A stretch of 64,000 bases of DNA from an uncultured Planctomycetaceae bacterium (GCA_963833985.1 CAWIAD010000002.1:1888001-1952000), one strand, 5' to 3'; shown: positions 29,641-42,409, counted from the stretch's first letter. The notes: generated by a model not told the origin, from the sequence alone. Made by a program: numbers and translations.

Positions 29641-32600
29641 TCACCGCGCCTCTCCGGCCTGAGGCAGTGTGCTCTGGCCGAGCGCTGGTGAGGGCAAGTC
29701 CGTCTCCCAGATCCGGACCACACCGTCACCGGACACGGAAGCCAGGGAAGTACCGTCGGGACTGAACGCCACGCCATGAACGCGTGCGCGGTGGCCGTGC
29801 AAGGCCAGGACTTCCTGTCCACCCTTCAGGTTCCAGAGACGAACGGTGCCATCTCCGCTCGCCGAGGCCAGGCGTGCTCCGCCCGGGTGAAACGCCAGGT
29901 CGAAGACCCAGTTGACGTGGCCCGTCAGGGTCTCGACCACCCGGCCCTCGGGCAGCTCCCGGATCTCGATCCGACCGTCTGTGCCCGCAGCCGCGACAAG
30001 CTGTCCACCGGGGCTGACGGCCAGTGCAAGCACCGGCGCCTGCGCGCTTCCAGGCTGCGTTCGAGGCGGCCTGTTTGGGGATCCCAGACCCGGATCATCC
30101 CGTCGTCTCCGGCGGAGACGAGCCGCGCACCGTCGGGTGTGAACCGGAGCGCATGAACCGAGCCAATATGTCCGGGAAGCGAATGCAAGGGCCGGCCTGT
30201 CCGGGCATCCCAGAGCCGCACGAGACGCGGTTGGTTGACCCCGCCCGACTCCTTCCCCCGTGGCTTCTGGAGCAGCCGGATCGGCTCGCCGCCTCCTGTT
30301 GCCAGCATCGACCCGTCGGGGCTGAATGCCAGGCTTGCGAACCCCCCCCGCTCGTCCTCCAGCGTCCGTTCCTCTCTCAAGGATCGGGCGTCCATCAGAT
30401 GCAGCCTGCGATCCCGGCCGATCGCGGCCAGCCATTGCCCGTCGGGGCTGAACTGAAAGGCGGTGAGCGGCTTGCTTCCGTCCAGGGGAGCCAGCCGCGC
30501 CCTGCCCGTGGCCAGATCCCAGATCACCAGGGCATGGTCGCTGTCGGGCGCGGCCAGCTCGGCCGCACCGGGACGATACGCCAGGCTGCCTGGACAGCCC
30601 GGCTCATCATCAGAGCGGCGTGCCGTGGCTTCGTGCTGACTGCTCAGCACGCGAACGCCCGGCTCGGCGGTCAGGTCCCAGACCTTCACCGTCCGGTCCT
30701 GGCTGACAGAGGCCAGCTTCTTGCCGTCGGGGCTGAAAATCACGCTGAAGACCGGCGCGGCATGGCCGGGAAAGGCTCTCAGGGGCCGGCCGGTCTCCGC
30801 GTCCCAGAGCCGCACCGAGCGGTCCAGGCTGGCCGTCGCGAGCGTCCTGCCGTCGGGGCTGAACGCAAGGCCGTCCACGCGATTGCCGAAGTCGCCGAAC
30901 CGCAGCAGTTCCCGGCCGGTCGAGAGGTCCCAGAGCCGCACCATGCGATCAGCCCCCGCGGATGCGAGCACGTGGCCTCGGGGATGGAAAGCCACACAGC
31001 GAACCGCCTGGACATGGCCCCGAAGAATCCGGTTTGCGGCAGGCGCCCCGGTCTGCAAGGGCCAGAGGCGGACGGTTCCGTCCTGTCCGGCCGACGCCAG
31101 CAGCGATCCCTGGGGGTGAAACGCAACCCCGAGCACAGGAGCCCTGTGGCCCTGCAAGACTCGCATGGGCCGATCCGTCTCGATCGCCTGGCCAGGTGAC
31201 AACGACCAGACCCGGACGGCACCGTCCTGTCCCGCCGAGGCCGCCATCCGGCAGTCCGCCGAGAAGCTGATCGCGCAGGCCCAGCCACGGTGGCCGCGGA
31301 AGACGTGCTCGAGCTTGCCTTCGGGGAGGCTCCATACGCGGACCAGGCCGCTGGCCTCGGCGCTGGCCATACGGGTTCCGGCCGGATCGAAGGCAAGACC
31401 GTACATCGTCCCTTCGTGGCCGGGAATCCGGCCGCCGGAGCTTTCCGGAGCCGTCTCCCAGAGCCGGAAGCCCCGGGGTTCGTTCGGGCATGTCAGCAAG
31501 CTGCCATCCGGCCGGAACGCGGCACCGCAAAGCGCTGCGTCGTGTCCGTGAATCGTTTGCAGCTCGGAATGAAACCGGCGGCGAAGATGGTGCCACTCCC
31601 ATTCCCGCAACCGTTCCGGGCAGCGCTCCAGCAGCTCGTCGGCAAGCGCCGGATCGTTGTTCTCCCACGCTCGCTGCGCTGCGATCAACTGCTTGAAGTA
31701 CGTCTCGTCCTGCATCTCGCCCAGTTGCGCCTCGACCCTGGCGCGCTGGTGGGTGGCCTGGTCGAGCGCCACGCCGGTCTGGACGACGTCGCTCTGGAGC
31801 CTCGCCGAGACGAGTTGACCGCGGATCGCCAGCGCCGTGGCCAGACTGAAGAGTCCGGCGAGCACGACGAGCGATGCCGCGGCAGGCCGGCGCCGCGCCG
31901 ACTTCAGCAGCCGGCGCACCGGCGTTGCGGGCCGCGCGTGGATTGGCAGGTCCCCGAGCCAGCGGTCGATGTCCGCGGCCAGTGCCTCGGCCGAGGCATA
32001 GCGCTGCGACGGGTTCTTTTCCAGGCATTTGAGAACGATCGTTTCGAGGTCGCGCGGGACGCGCGGCGCGATCGACCGTGGACTTGGGGGCTCCTCTTCC
32101 CGGACCTGGCGGAGGATCTCGAGCACCGAATCGGCGCGGAACGGGGGACGCCCGGTGAGCAGCTCATAAAAGATGGCACCCAGCGCGTAGGTATCGGCCG
32201 CGGTGGTCACGCCGGCCCGCATCCCCTCGGCCTGTTCGGGAGCCATGTAGCCCGGTGTTCCGAGGATCGAGCCGGACGAGGTCAATCCGCCCGGCTCCGT
32301 CGCGTCCACCTGCTTGGCCAGCCCGAAGTCGGTGACCATCGGCCAGAGCGTATCCGGGGGGTCGTCGCTCTTCCCCGCCAGTAGAATATTCGCGGGCTTG
32401 AGGTCGCGATGAAGGATCCCGTGCTGGTGGGCATAGTGCACGGCACGCGCCACCGCCGCCATGAGCCGCGCGGCCGCACGCGGCTGGCCGTGGAACCGCG
32501 CGGCCTGACTGGCGAGGTTTCCTCCGTCCACGAGCTTCATGCTGAAGTACGGATGCCCCGCGTGCTCGCCGACCTCGTAAATCGGCACGATGTGAGGATG

Positions 32601-33128
32601 GTCGAGCTGCGCCGCGGCCCTGGCCTCGAGCTGGAACCGGATCAGGTCGTCCGGGCGGGCAAGACGGCCGGCGCGGATCAACTTGAGTGCGAGAAGCCGG
32701 TTCAGGCTGACCTGACGTGCGCGGTAGATGACGCCCATTCCGCCCTGGGCGATGACCTGCATGAGCTCATAATCGCCGAAGTAATGAACCGCCTGCCCAG
32801 CCCCATCCGGAGGCGCGCCCCGCCCGGCCGGGTAAGGCAGGATCGCCGGTTCCATGTAGGTCTCCTCGTTCGCCGACGCGGGGCAGGGGGCTGCTGGGGG
32901 CCGGTTGCGAGGCCCACCCAGGCCGGCCAGCCGCCCGAGGTGCTCCTGGTTGTCCAGGAACGCCGCGAGCTCCGCGGCCAGCTCGGGTTCGCGCTCGAGC
33001 ACTCGTTCGCGGTCGAAGGGACGACCGGCCTCGATGGCCTCGATGCACTCGGCGATCAGCGCCGAGCCGCTGTTCGCGCTCCGGATCGTCGCGCTCTGCC
33101 CGTGCCGGAAGACTTGCCATGATGCCAA
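29641..33128 (-). CDS. Ser/Thr protein kinase with WD40 repeats; frameshift near 30045
   Basis: AQGGMG, HRDLKPAN, DFG and GTPGYMAPE motifs, a TM segment, LREWEWHHL, and many GH...WD repeats. Confidence 0.9.
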
Positions 33129-33187
33129 CTGCCTCCCGACGCAAGAAAAGGAAGCGGCCGGGACGACTGCTCAGAAGCGCGATCCCA

Positions 33188-33775
33188 TCACGTGGAAGAT
33201 TGCCCTGAGGGTTCGTCCAGCCTGGTTCTCAAGGATTTCAGCCCGCGATGCAACAACCCTGCAACGGCGGCCCTGGTAAGGTCCAGCTCGCGCGTGATGT
33301 CGGCCAGGGACCAGCCTTGCAGGTAATGCAGCTCGATCGCCCTGCGCTGGTTTGCCGGCAGAGCGGCCAGGGCGACGGCGAGCCGGACGCTTTGCTCGTG
33401 CTGGCAGGCCTTCTGGCTGGGCGAGGACTCCTCGGTTGCCAGCAAGGCGTCGAGCCGTGATGCCGATTCATCGAGGGCCGCCGAAAGCGAGCGATCGCGG
33501 CGGATATCGCGCTTGCCGGCAGCCAGCTTCCTGAGGGCGTCCGCCAGGTTGTGGCCGAGGATCGCCCGCAGCCAGGCCGCCATCTCCCTCTCGGTGCGTT
33601 TTCTGGGGGCGCTCCGCTCCTGCTGGAACGCTTCGAGAAGCGTTTGCTGGACGACTCCCGAAAGATCGATCCGGTCGCGCAGTCCGGAAACGACCTGAAT
33701 GCGCGCCAGCAGCATCAGGTACGCGCGGAAGCGGTCCAGCTCGTTGGCGAAGGCGGAGTCGGCCGGTGGAGTCAT
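33188..33775 (-). CDS. ECF sigma-70 factor (planctomycete kinase-associated type)
   Basis: DLSGVVQQTLLEA, AWLRAIL, KRDIRRDRSL, ESSPSQ and region 4 AVAGLLHRGLKSLR; directly upstream of the kinase. Confidence 0.9.
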   Translation of the reverse strand: MTPPADSAFANELDRFRAYLMLLARIQVVSGLRDRIDLSGVVQQTLLEAFQQERSAPRKRTEREMAAWLRAILGHNLADALRKLAAGKRDIRRDRSLSAALDESASRLDALLATEESSPSQKACQHEQSVRLAVALAALPANQRRAIELHYLQGWSLADITRELDLTRAAVAGLLHRGLKSLRTRLDEPSGQSST

Positions 33776-33911
33776 CGTCCTGTCAGCTCGAAGATGCTGA
33801 ATACAGAATGGCCGCGGGAGCAGGTCCGCGACCCGCTCCCGGCTGCTGCTCTTGATTGTACTGCGCGGGTTCGTGTCCGTCCCCGGCCCAGAGCTCGCTG
33901 GGGATCGCTCG

Positions 33912-35871
33912 CTATCCTCCGATTGGCGGCGGCAAGGCGACCTGTTCCTCGGGCCCTGCCAGCGGCAGACCCTGCCATGCCCGATCCGCCAGCGCTTGCT
34001 CGTTGCGCGCGTCATGAAGGTATGCGAGCTTCAGCCGGATGATCCGGGCCTGCAAACTTGCCGGATCGTCGCGCCGGGAGGCCAGGGCCGACTGGAGACT
34101 CCGCCAGTGTGCGTTCAGACTCGCCCGAGCGGACCAGGCTGCGGCCGTAGCCTCGGCCGACCCACCATTCGCGGTACCAGGCGACCGTCGCCGCATCAAA
34201 GGACTGGCGATTGGAGACTTCATCCTCGATGCAGGATCCGTACACCCTCGCTGCCGACCGGTCGATGCCGCCAGCCTCGAGTGCCGCGCCGCGGATGGTT
34301 TTCAGGTACATCTGCTGGTATCGGTTGACCGGTCCGCTCGCCTCCTGGCTCGTCCGTTCCAGCATGCTGAGGATCGCGGCTCCCTCACTTCTGGCTTCTT
34401 TTTCCAGGCCCATCTCACGCAGCAGGCGGCCGAGATGGGCACGCAGCAGGCGGGAATCGACGTTCAGGGCCTTGCCATCGGCTGCGCTGTGCAGCGCCGA
34501 GCGGAGGTCGGTCACGAAGCCGGTTCGAAGCAGCCGCCGGCAGAGCACGCGCACGGTTTCATCGCTGCTGGTGCGCTCCACCCTGCGCAGGATCGGCTCG
34601 ACGTACCGTCCCTCGTTTTTCAAGGTCTCGAACGCCTGCAAGCGGCGATCGGCGTCGGGGGCGCCCAGCATCCGCACCGCGGCTTCGGCCAGTCGTTCGC
34701 GCTCCGGGTCCAGCAGCTCGACGCGCCCGACCATGACGCGGACCACCTGCTTCGGCCTGGGAACCACGGTCATGGGTATGAACGTATCGGTCCAGCCCTG
34801 GGGCAGCACACAGAGCCCACGGGTGCCCTCGGTCTGGAAGTAGCTTGCCGTCCAGGTGTTGACCATGGCTTGCGCCTCCCTGGCATACAGGCCCGATGCC
34901 TCCAGCCGGCTGGCCAGATCGTGCGCGACGGCCTGCGTGAATTCCGGGAGCGGCCGCATTTCGTGCGTGCCCGGAATCACGCCGGCGATGGTCTGGCCGG
35001 GCCGGATCTCGGACAGGTAACGAAACGCCCCGCGCCCGTTCTGCACGTGGAGCACGAACAGGTGGCGGATCCCGTCGCGGACGGAGTCGCTGCGCTCAAC
35101 CGACAGGGTTCCCCCTCGCTTCGCCTCGAACCGCAGGGGCAGGTGGGCGCGGCCCAGTCCGCGGTAGAAGAGGAAGCGCTCCAGCTCGGGGGCGCTGGCA
35201 CTCCTGTTCGTACACCGAACATAGGCCGCGTCGACGTCCCGGGCATATCTCCAGAGTGCGTCGGCACTGGTCGTGGGCAGCGCGGTGGAGTCATTGTTTT
35301 GCGTTCTTTTCTGGGACTCGACGACCGCGGCCGGGAGGATCTCCGCGTTCCAGCAGATGTTGCCCGGCCCCAGGCGGTCGGGCGATTCGGCCTGCGCGAC
35401 CAGCGACGGCTCGACGCGGGCCGCCTGCGGATACCAGTGCGTCCACACGCCCTGCGGGAACCGGACTCCGATGCGGACGAGCTGCCGTCGGCCCGTGTAA
35501 AAGTAAATGACGGGCGTCTCGCCCTTGAGCAGGCTGACGGGTATCTGGAGTTGATCGCGGCCGCGCGCATGAACGAACGCAGGGAGTGCATGCTCCTCGT
35601 GGTACATGCCCTCGAGCGATGTGCCGTCCGATCCGCTCATCCCCAGGAAGGTTCCCCACTCGTGAACCACCAGGTCGGGCGTCTCCGCCGTGAGCGGTGA
35701 TGGTTTCGGCGCCGGCGCCGGCGACTCTTCAGCCGGCGGGGACGGGACCGCCAGGGTCACCGGAGGAGTGAGGTTGACGAGGCCGGCCGTCAGCAGGCAG
35801 GTCAGCCCGAATCCGAACAAACCCACGGCGCCTCTGCGAAAAGCTCGATCTGTTCTTCTGACCATGATCAT
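33912..35871 (-). CDS. Conserved hypothetical exported protein; frameshift near 34100
   Basis: Signal-like N-terminus; VVHEWGTF, ETPVIYFY, FLFYRGLG and EAQAMVNTW blocks; C-terminus continues in ORF 33912..34223. Confidence 0.7.
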
Positions 35872-36056
35872 TCCGCCCTCCTCGATGGAGACTCGAATTC
35901 GAAGTGGTGCCAGCGACCCTGGTGGCATGCACCGCGTGATCACTGGGAACCGCCTGAGGAAAAGGCGTAGAGCATTGGCCGAGGGAGCGCAGGTCTCCGG
36001 GAATTCTTGTCCTGGAACGCTCGTCCAGGGTACAACTCAGAGATCCCGTCCGGACC

Positions 36057-37424
36057 GTGGTCTTGCGGGCACACGAACTCCTCTCACGGAACCTCCGAGA
36101 CCGAAAGCTCGCACCCGTGATAGCCGCCACGTCGCCACGCATACAGGTCTCGCAGGCGCGCCTGCCCACGGGCGGCGTACGCTTTCACGCGCTGGACAAC
36201 CTGCGGGCGGCCATGATGCTCATGGGGTTGCTGCTGCATGCGGGGCTGTCGTACTCGCACATGCCGCGCAGCCCGATCTGGCCGTTCAAGGACGCGCGCG
36301 CCAGCATACTTTGCGACGCGATCATGGCCGCGTCGGGACTCTTCCGCATGCCGGCGTTCTTCCTGGTTGCCGGCTTCTTCGCCGCTCTGATCCACGAGCG
36401 GCGCGGCAGCCAGGGCTTGCTCGCGGACCGCTGCCGGCGCATCCTGCTGCCGTTCGTCGCCGGCTGGCTGGTGACCTTTCCGCTGGTGCGGGCCGGATTT
36501 TTGTACGCCGAGGCCATGGTGGCGCACCATGCCGCGCCGGGGGCCTCGGCAGCGCGGGCGCTCATCGTTACGGGTCCCTATGCGGATCCGAATCCGATAC
36601 ACCTCTGGTTTCTCGAATACCTTCTGATCTATTACCTGCTGGCCTTGCCCGCGGTGCGCTGGGTGACGCGGCTCCGGGAAACGACCCGGGCGCGGTTCTC
36701 CGCCCGGTTCTGCGGGATGATGCAGTCCGGGGTGGCTCCGCTGGGGCTCGCCGTCGTGACGGCCTTGCCGCTTCTGGTCGCCCCCATGGGTCTGATCCCA
36801 GCGCCCCTGAGCTTCGTTCCCGAGCCGGTGCCGCTGGTGGCTTACGGGGGATTCTTCGCGGTGGGCTGGATGCTCTTCAGGCACGTCCACCTGTTCCCCG
36901 TGATTGGCCGCCACGCGCCGCGGAGGCTCGCGCTGGGCCTCTTGCTGGTGCCGCTTTCCGGGTTACTCCTGTGGTTGCGGTCTCTGGTGATCGCTCCGGA
37001 AGCGTTCGGTGCCTTGCCGCCGGGTGCGGAGGCAAGCCTCGCGTCCGACCAGACTCTCCGCCTGGGACTGCCGCGCCATTTCACCTGGCCCATCGGCCTG
37101 ACGGTGCAGGGCTGTCTGGCAATGACTGGAGCGCTGGTGATCTGGCTACTGGTTCTGGGAGTGCTCGGGCTCTTCCTGCGTGGTCTGAACCGTCCCCATC
37201 GCGGTCTGAGGTATCTGGCCGACGCTTCGTACTGGCTGTACCTGGTCCATTTCCCCTTGATGGTCTGGACCCCGATCCTGCTGGCGCCGCTGCCTGCGCC
37301 AGCGCCTGTGAAGTTCGCCCTGGTGCTGGGCATCACCACCAGCCTGATGCTGGCGGGGTACGAACTGCTCGTCCGGCCCACCCATCTCAGCGCCTTCGTG
37401 GGAAGCCGCCCGCCACGGTGCTGA
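36057..37424 (+). CDS. Acyltransferase family 3 (MdoC/OpgC-like); start may be later
   Basis: FHALDNLRA, FRMPAFF, HLWFL and ASYWLYLVH motifs; multiple TM helices. Confidence 0.88.
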   Translation: MVLRAHELLSRNLRDRKLAPVIAATSPRIQVSQARLPTGGVRFHALDNLRAAMMLMGLLLHAGLSYSHMPRSPIWPFKDARASILCDAIMAASGLFRMPAFFLVAGFFAALIHERRGSQGLLADRCRRILLPFVAGWLVTFPLVRAGFLYAEAMVAHHAAPGASAARALIVTGPYADPNPIHLWFLEYLLIYYLLALPAVRWVTRLRETTRARFSARFCGMMQSGVAPLGLAVVTALPLLVAPMGLIPAPLSFVPEPVPLVAYGGFFAVGWMLFRHVHLFPVIGRHAPRRLALGLLLVPLSGLLLWLRSLVIAPEAFGALPPGAEASLASDQTLRLGLPRHFTWPIGLTVQGCLAMTGALVIWLLVLGVLGLFLRGLNRPHRGLRYLADASYWLYLVHFPLMVWTPILLAPLPAPAPVKFALVLGITTSLMLAGYELLVRPTHLSAFVGSRPPRC

Positions 37425-37472
37425 GCGCCCGGCGCGGGGAATCGCGCAGCGGAAGCCAAGGCCGCGGTGAAC

Positions 37473-39574
37473 TCACCGCGGACCTTTCTGGAGCTGCTCA
37501 CGTGCGGCCTGAGCGACGCGGTCGACCGTGAAGCCGAATTCCGCGAGCAGGTCCTTGAGCGGGGCCGAGGCGCCGAAGGTGCGCATGCCGATGCTCGTGC
37601 CGTGGTCGCCCACGAACTTGGTCCACCCGAAGGTGGAGGCCTGCTCGACGGAGACGCGCGCCTTCACATGGGGCGGCAGGACGTGATCCCGGTAGGACGG
37701 CTCCTGCTCGTCGAAGAGCTCCCAGCTCGGCATGCTGACGACCCGCGTCTTGATGCCTTCCTGCGTGAGCTTCTCGTAGGCTTCGACGCAGAGCGTGACC
37801 TCGCTGCCGGTGCCCATGAGGATGACGTCGGGCTTGCCGTCGGCGGCATCGGCCAGAACGTAAGCACCCTGGGCCAGGCCGGCCGCCGAGGCGTATTTGC
37901 GCGGTCCAGCGTGGGCAGGTTCTGACGGCTGAGGATGAGGGCGGCCGGCTGGTGGCGAAACTGGGCGACAACCTTCCATGCCTCGGCCACCTCGTTGGCG
38001 TCGCACGGGCGGATCACCACCAGGCCCGGAATGGCGCGCAGCGAGGGAAGCTGCTCGATGGGCTGATGGGTCGGGCCGTCCTCGCCGACGCCGATCGAGT
38101 CGTGCGTGAAGGCGTAGATCACCGGCAATTCCATGATGGCCGCCAGGCGAATGGGCGCGCGGCCGTAATCGCTGAAGATCAGGAATCCCGACCCGAACGG
38201 GCGGACCTTGGCGGTGGACATGCCATTGAGGATGGCCCCCATGGCGTGCTCGCGGATGCCGAAATGGAAGTTCCTGCCGTTGTAGTGACCGGCCTCGAAG
38301 TCACCGGCTCCGTCGAAGGTGAGCCGGGTCCTGGTCGAGGGCGCCAGGTCGGCGGCGCCCCCGATCAGCCAGGGGATGCGCTGGGCCAGAACATTGAGCA
38401 CCTGGCCCGAGGAAACCCGCGTGGCCACGCCCTTGGGATCGGCCGGGAACGTGGGCAAGTCCTTGTCCCAGCCTTCCGGAAGCTGGCGATGCTGCATCTG
38501 GTAAAGCTGCTGGGCGAGCTGGGGGTAGCGTTTCTTGTAGCCGTCCAGCCGGGCGAACCAGGCGTCGCGCAGCTCCTTGCCGCGCTGGCCGATGCCGTGC
38601 TGGAAGTGTTCGTAGACGCCGTCGGGAACCAGGAACTTCGCGTCCTCCGGCCATCCGTAGAACTTCTTGGTAAGCCGGACCTCGTCCTCGCCCAGGGGCT
38701 CGCCGTGGGCCCCGTGGGTGTCTTGCTTGTGGGGCGACCCCCAGGCAATGTGGCTGTCGACGATGATCAGCGTCGGCCGGTCATCGGTCTCGAGAAAGGA
38801 ATCATACGCCCGCTCCAGCAGCTCCAGGTCGTTGGCGTCGCTCACCCGCGTGACGTTCCAGCCGTAGCCCATGAAGCGTTCGCCGACATCCTCGCTGAAG
38901 GCCAGGTCGGTGCGGCCCTCGATGGTGATGCGGTTGTTGTCGTAGATCCAGCAGAGGTTGGAAAGCCTGAGATGGCCGGCCAGCGAGGCGGCCTCGTGCG
39001 AGATGCCCTCCATCATGTCGCCGTCGCTGCACACGGCGTAGACGCGGAAGTTGATGAGGTCCTCGAAATCGGGCTGGTTGAAATAGCTGGCCATCCAGCG
39101 CTCGGCGATGGCCATGCCGACCGAGTTGCCCACACCCTGACCCAGCGGGCCGGTCGTCGTCTCCACGCCCGAGGTGAGGTGGTATTCCGGGTGGCCAGGG
39201 CACTTGCTGTGCAACTGCCGGAACTTCTTGATGTCGTCCAGCGCGACCGAAGGGGTGCCCAGGACCTCGTAATCCTTGTTCACGGACTTCACGCCCGTCA
39301 GGTGCAGCAGCGAGTACAGCAGCATCGAGGCGTGCCCGGCGGAGAGCACGAACCGATCGCGGTTCGGCCAGACGGGGTCGCTGGGGTCGAACCGCAGGTG
39401 GTTCTGCCAGAGCACGTAAGCGACCGGCGCCAGCGCCATGGGCGTTCCCGGATGTCCTGAATTCGCCTGCTGGACAGCGTCCATCGAGAGCGTGCGAATG
39501 GTGTTGATGGCCAGCGCGTCCATCGGGTCCTTCGCCGAGTTGACCGGCTGCTTCACGTTCCGTTCTGAGGCCAT
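37473..39574 (-). CDS. tkt: Transketolase; frameshift near 37902
   Basis: SGHPG, NRDRFVLSAGHASM, SDGDMMEG, FGIREHAM and GEDGPTHQP motifs; C-terminal domain in the adjacent frame. Confidence 0.95.
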
Positions 39575-39648
39575 GGGCGTGTCTACTCCGTGGGTTGCTT
39601 GATGAGCGCTGGACCGACCGCGATCAGCCCGGCACTGGTCAGGGTTTC

Positions 39649-40260
39649 TCAGGTGTCGACGCCGAGCTCGCGAAGCGCGGCACGCAGTTGATCAAGGCTT
39701 TCAAACTGGATGGCCCGCAGGCCGAGCTTCCGCGCGGTCTCCACGTTCACGGGCCGATCGTCGATGAAGATCCCCGCGTGGGCCGCGCAGCCGGCGATGC
39801 CCAGCGCATTGCGGTAAAGATCCTCGTCCGGCTTGACCTGGCCCAGGTAGCAGGAGGTGAGGAACGATCGGAAGATGGCGCAGAGCCCGAATTTTTGCAC
39901 CCGGTATTCATGCAGTTGGCGCGATTCGTTGTTGAGCGTGAAGAGATTGAACTGGTCCGTGGCCGCCAGCGACCGGACCCAGTCGAGCGTCTCGCCCAGC
40001 ACCCTGGATTGCTCGAACATGAGCGCCTTGAAATCTTCCGGAGAGAACGAGCGCCGGGTGTGGAAGACGGTCTTCTCGATGTAGGCATCCAGGCTCAGCC
40101 GGCCCGTCTCGAAGGCCGTCTTGACCATGCCGTGGCGCGTGTGAAAATCGCGCGGGTCCAGCTTCAGAGCCGCGATCACGCAGTCGCGTGCGGCCGTGTC
40201 CCAGGCATTGGTCAGGATCACGCCGCCGACGTCGAAGAAGAGGGTCGTGGACTCGGACAC
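39649..40260 (-). CDS. HAD-family phosphatase
   Basis: FFDVGGV, KP and FIDDRPVN motifs. Confidence 0.88.
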   Translation of the reverse strand: MSESTTLFFDVGGVILTNAWDTAARDCVIAALKLDPRDFHTRHGMVKTAFETGRLSLDAYIEKTVFHTRRSFSPEDFKALMFEQSRVLGETLDWVRSLAATDQFNLFTLNNESRQLHEYRVQKFGLCAIFRSFLTSCYLGQVKPDEDLYRNALGIAGCAAHAGIFIDDRPVNVETARKLGLRAIQFESLDQLRAALRELGVDT

Positions 40261-40543
40261 GGATGATTCCTCGAGGATGACTCATCGCCTTTTCTTGCGC
40301 CTGATGTTATCAGACCAGCCTTGCCGCGGCCAGCGTGACAGCGCGGTACGATCTCGCTGGACCGGGGTTGCCTTGAATGTGCCGGATAACTCTGTAAGAT
40401 CATCCATGATGGCGGCTGCGTGCCTGTCGTTTTCTGGTGGTTCTCCTGTTCCCGAGACGATGGCTCCCCGTCAGGCCGGTTCGCGGTGTTTGTGGATCCA
40501 CCGCCAGTGATGATGATCCTTCCGGGAGCAAGGCGCCACGGTC

Positions 40544-42409
40544 ATGGCTCGATGGACACGCCGTCTCCCGTTCAAGGTCGATGTCGCCGGGATCATCCAG
40601 ATCATGGGCAAGTCACTCTACAGCCGGAGTGACGCGGCCCTGCGCGAACTGCTACAGAATGCCCACGACGCGATCATCCGCCGCCGGCGGGTCGACCTGA
40701 GCTATCACGGGCGGATCGATCTGCTTCCTGATCCGTCACGGCGAACCCTTGTTATCCGCGACGACGGCATCGGTCTGAGCCCCGATGAAGCCGAGACCTA
40801 CCTGGGCACGCTGGGAGCGGGAATCACCGGCCTGATCCGCGGGACACGCCTGGAAACGGCGCCTGGCGCTGGGGTGTCAGGGGACGCGGAGCTCATCGGC
40901 CTGTTCGGCATCGGGCTCTTCAGCGCGTTCATGCTGGCTGACCGAGTGGTCGTGGAGAGCCGCCGGATCGATGCCCCCGAGGGCGTGGTCTGGAGCGCCG
41001 GTGACGGCCCCGAGATCGTGCTGTCCTCCTCCGACCGGGAGGAACCCGGAACCACCGTCACGCTCTTCCTGAAGCCCGAGCACGCACGGCTCGCGGAAGA
41101 CGAGAAGCTGATCGAGGCGGCCGTGAAGGAGTTCGCGGATTTCCTTCCCGTGCCCGTCTACCTCGCCGGCGGCAAGGCGCGGATGAACCTCATCGAGGCG
41201 GCCTGGTTCGCCGCGACTCCCGATCCGGAAGCCATCGAGCAAGAGATCCTCACCTATTTTGATGAGTCGCCACTCGATGTGATCGCGATCCACACCGAGC
41301 GTCCGGCATCGATCGCCGGGACGCTCTATGTCACGCCGCGACGGACGCCGGGGTTCGCCGGCGAGGCCGTGCTGACCACCACCATCCGCCGCATGGTCAT
41401 CTCCCGCAAGACCCAGGGGCTCTTGCCCTCGTGGGCCAGCTTCCTGCGCGGGGTGCTCGAGCTGGCCGACTGCTCCCCCACCGCCAGCCGCGAGGACCTG
41501 GCGCGCGACGGCCGCTTCGAACAGGTCCGCACGACCCTGGATGAGCTGCTCTTCAGCCACTTTGAAAAGATGATCCGGGACGATTTGCCGCGCATGCAGG
41601 CACTGGTCGCCTGGCACCGGTACCTCTGGGCGGGCGCGGCCCTCTCGCACCCGCGAGTGCGGTTGCTGCTTCGCCAGTCGTATCAGTTTCCCACCTCGCA
41701 GGGCCTCCTGTGCTTCGATGAGATTCAGCAGCGCAGCCGCCAGATTGCGGCTCTCGAGGAGGAGTTCGAGAGCGTCATCTGGTTCAACCCCGACCGGCGC
41801 CAGGAGCGCTGGGCCGACGCGCTCTTCGCCGGGTGTGAGAGCCCGTGCGTGCACGCCTTCCGCGGCTTCGAGCAGTCGCTGCTGGCCATGATGGCCGCCG
41901 ACGCGGCCGCGTCGGGCACGGCTACGGACCTCCGTCTGGCCAGCCCCAGCAGCCCGGGGTTCGCCGCGCAGATCCTGGGACTCAAGGACATGGAGGACGC
42001 TCCGCGGCCGTGGCAGGAGTTCCTCGGTGCCTGCGAGGCGAGCGTCATGCTGGCGACCTTTCCGGGCGACCAGCCGGCCTTGGCGTTTCTCAACGAGCGC
42101 CACGAGCTGGCGCGGACCTTTGAAGACCTGGAGAAGCAGGGAACCGTGCCATCCAGCTTCAAGCGCATCATCGACGCCCAGTTCCGCGGCGACGAGTCGT
42201 GCCGCAATGAGGTTGTCCTGAACCGGACCCACGAGCTGGTCGCGCAGGCCCTGGAGGGGAAAACGAGCATGCCCCTAGCCAGCGTCCTGCGGCTGCTGGT
42301 GCACAACGCGCTCTCGACCGCGGGCGCGACGCTGCCGCGCGACGCCCTGCGGCTGCAAGCCGAAGACCTGGACTGGATCGCCCAGTGCTTGCGAGGACGA
42401 AAAACATGA
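40544..42409 (+). CDS. HSP90/HtpG-family ATPase (divergent paralog)
   Basis: LYS...LRELLQNAHDA, DDGIGL, IGLFGIGLFSAF and GTTVTL GHKL motifs; SRE middle-domain loop. Confidence 0.88.
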   Translation: MARWTRRLPFKVDVAGIIQIMGKSLYSRSDAALRELLQNAHDAIIRRRRVDLSYHGRIDLLPDPSRRTLVIRDDGIGLSPDEAETYLGTLGAGITGLIRGTRLETAPGAGVSGDAELIGLFGIGLFSAFMLADRVVVESRRIDAPEGVVWSAGDGPEIVLSSSDREEPGTTVTLFLKPEHARLAEDEKLIEAAVKEFADFLPVPVYLAGGKARMNLIEAAWFAATPDPEAIEQEILTYFDESPLDVIAIHTERPASIAGTLYVTPRRTPGFAGEAVLTTTIRRMVISRKTQGLLPSWASFLRGVLELADCSPTASREDLARDGRFEQVRTTLDELLFSHFEKMIRDDLPRMQALVAWHRYLWAGAALSHPRVRLLLRQSYQFPTSQGLLCFDEIQQRSRQIAALEEEFESVIWFNPDRRQERWADALFAGCESPCVHAFRGFEQSLLAMMAADAAASGTATDLRLASPSSPGFAAQILGLKDMEDAPRPWQEFLGACEASVMLATFPGDQPALAFLNERHELARTFEDLEKQGTVPSSFKRIIDAQFRGDESCRNEVVLNRTHELVAQALEGKTSMPLASVLRLLVHNALSTAGATLPRDALRLQAEDLDWIAQCLRGRKT

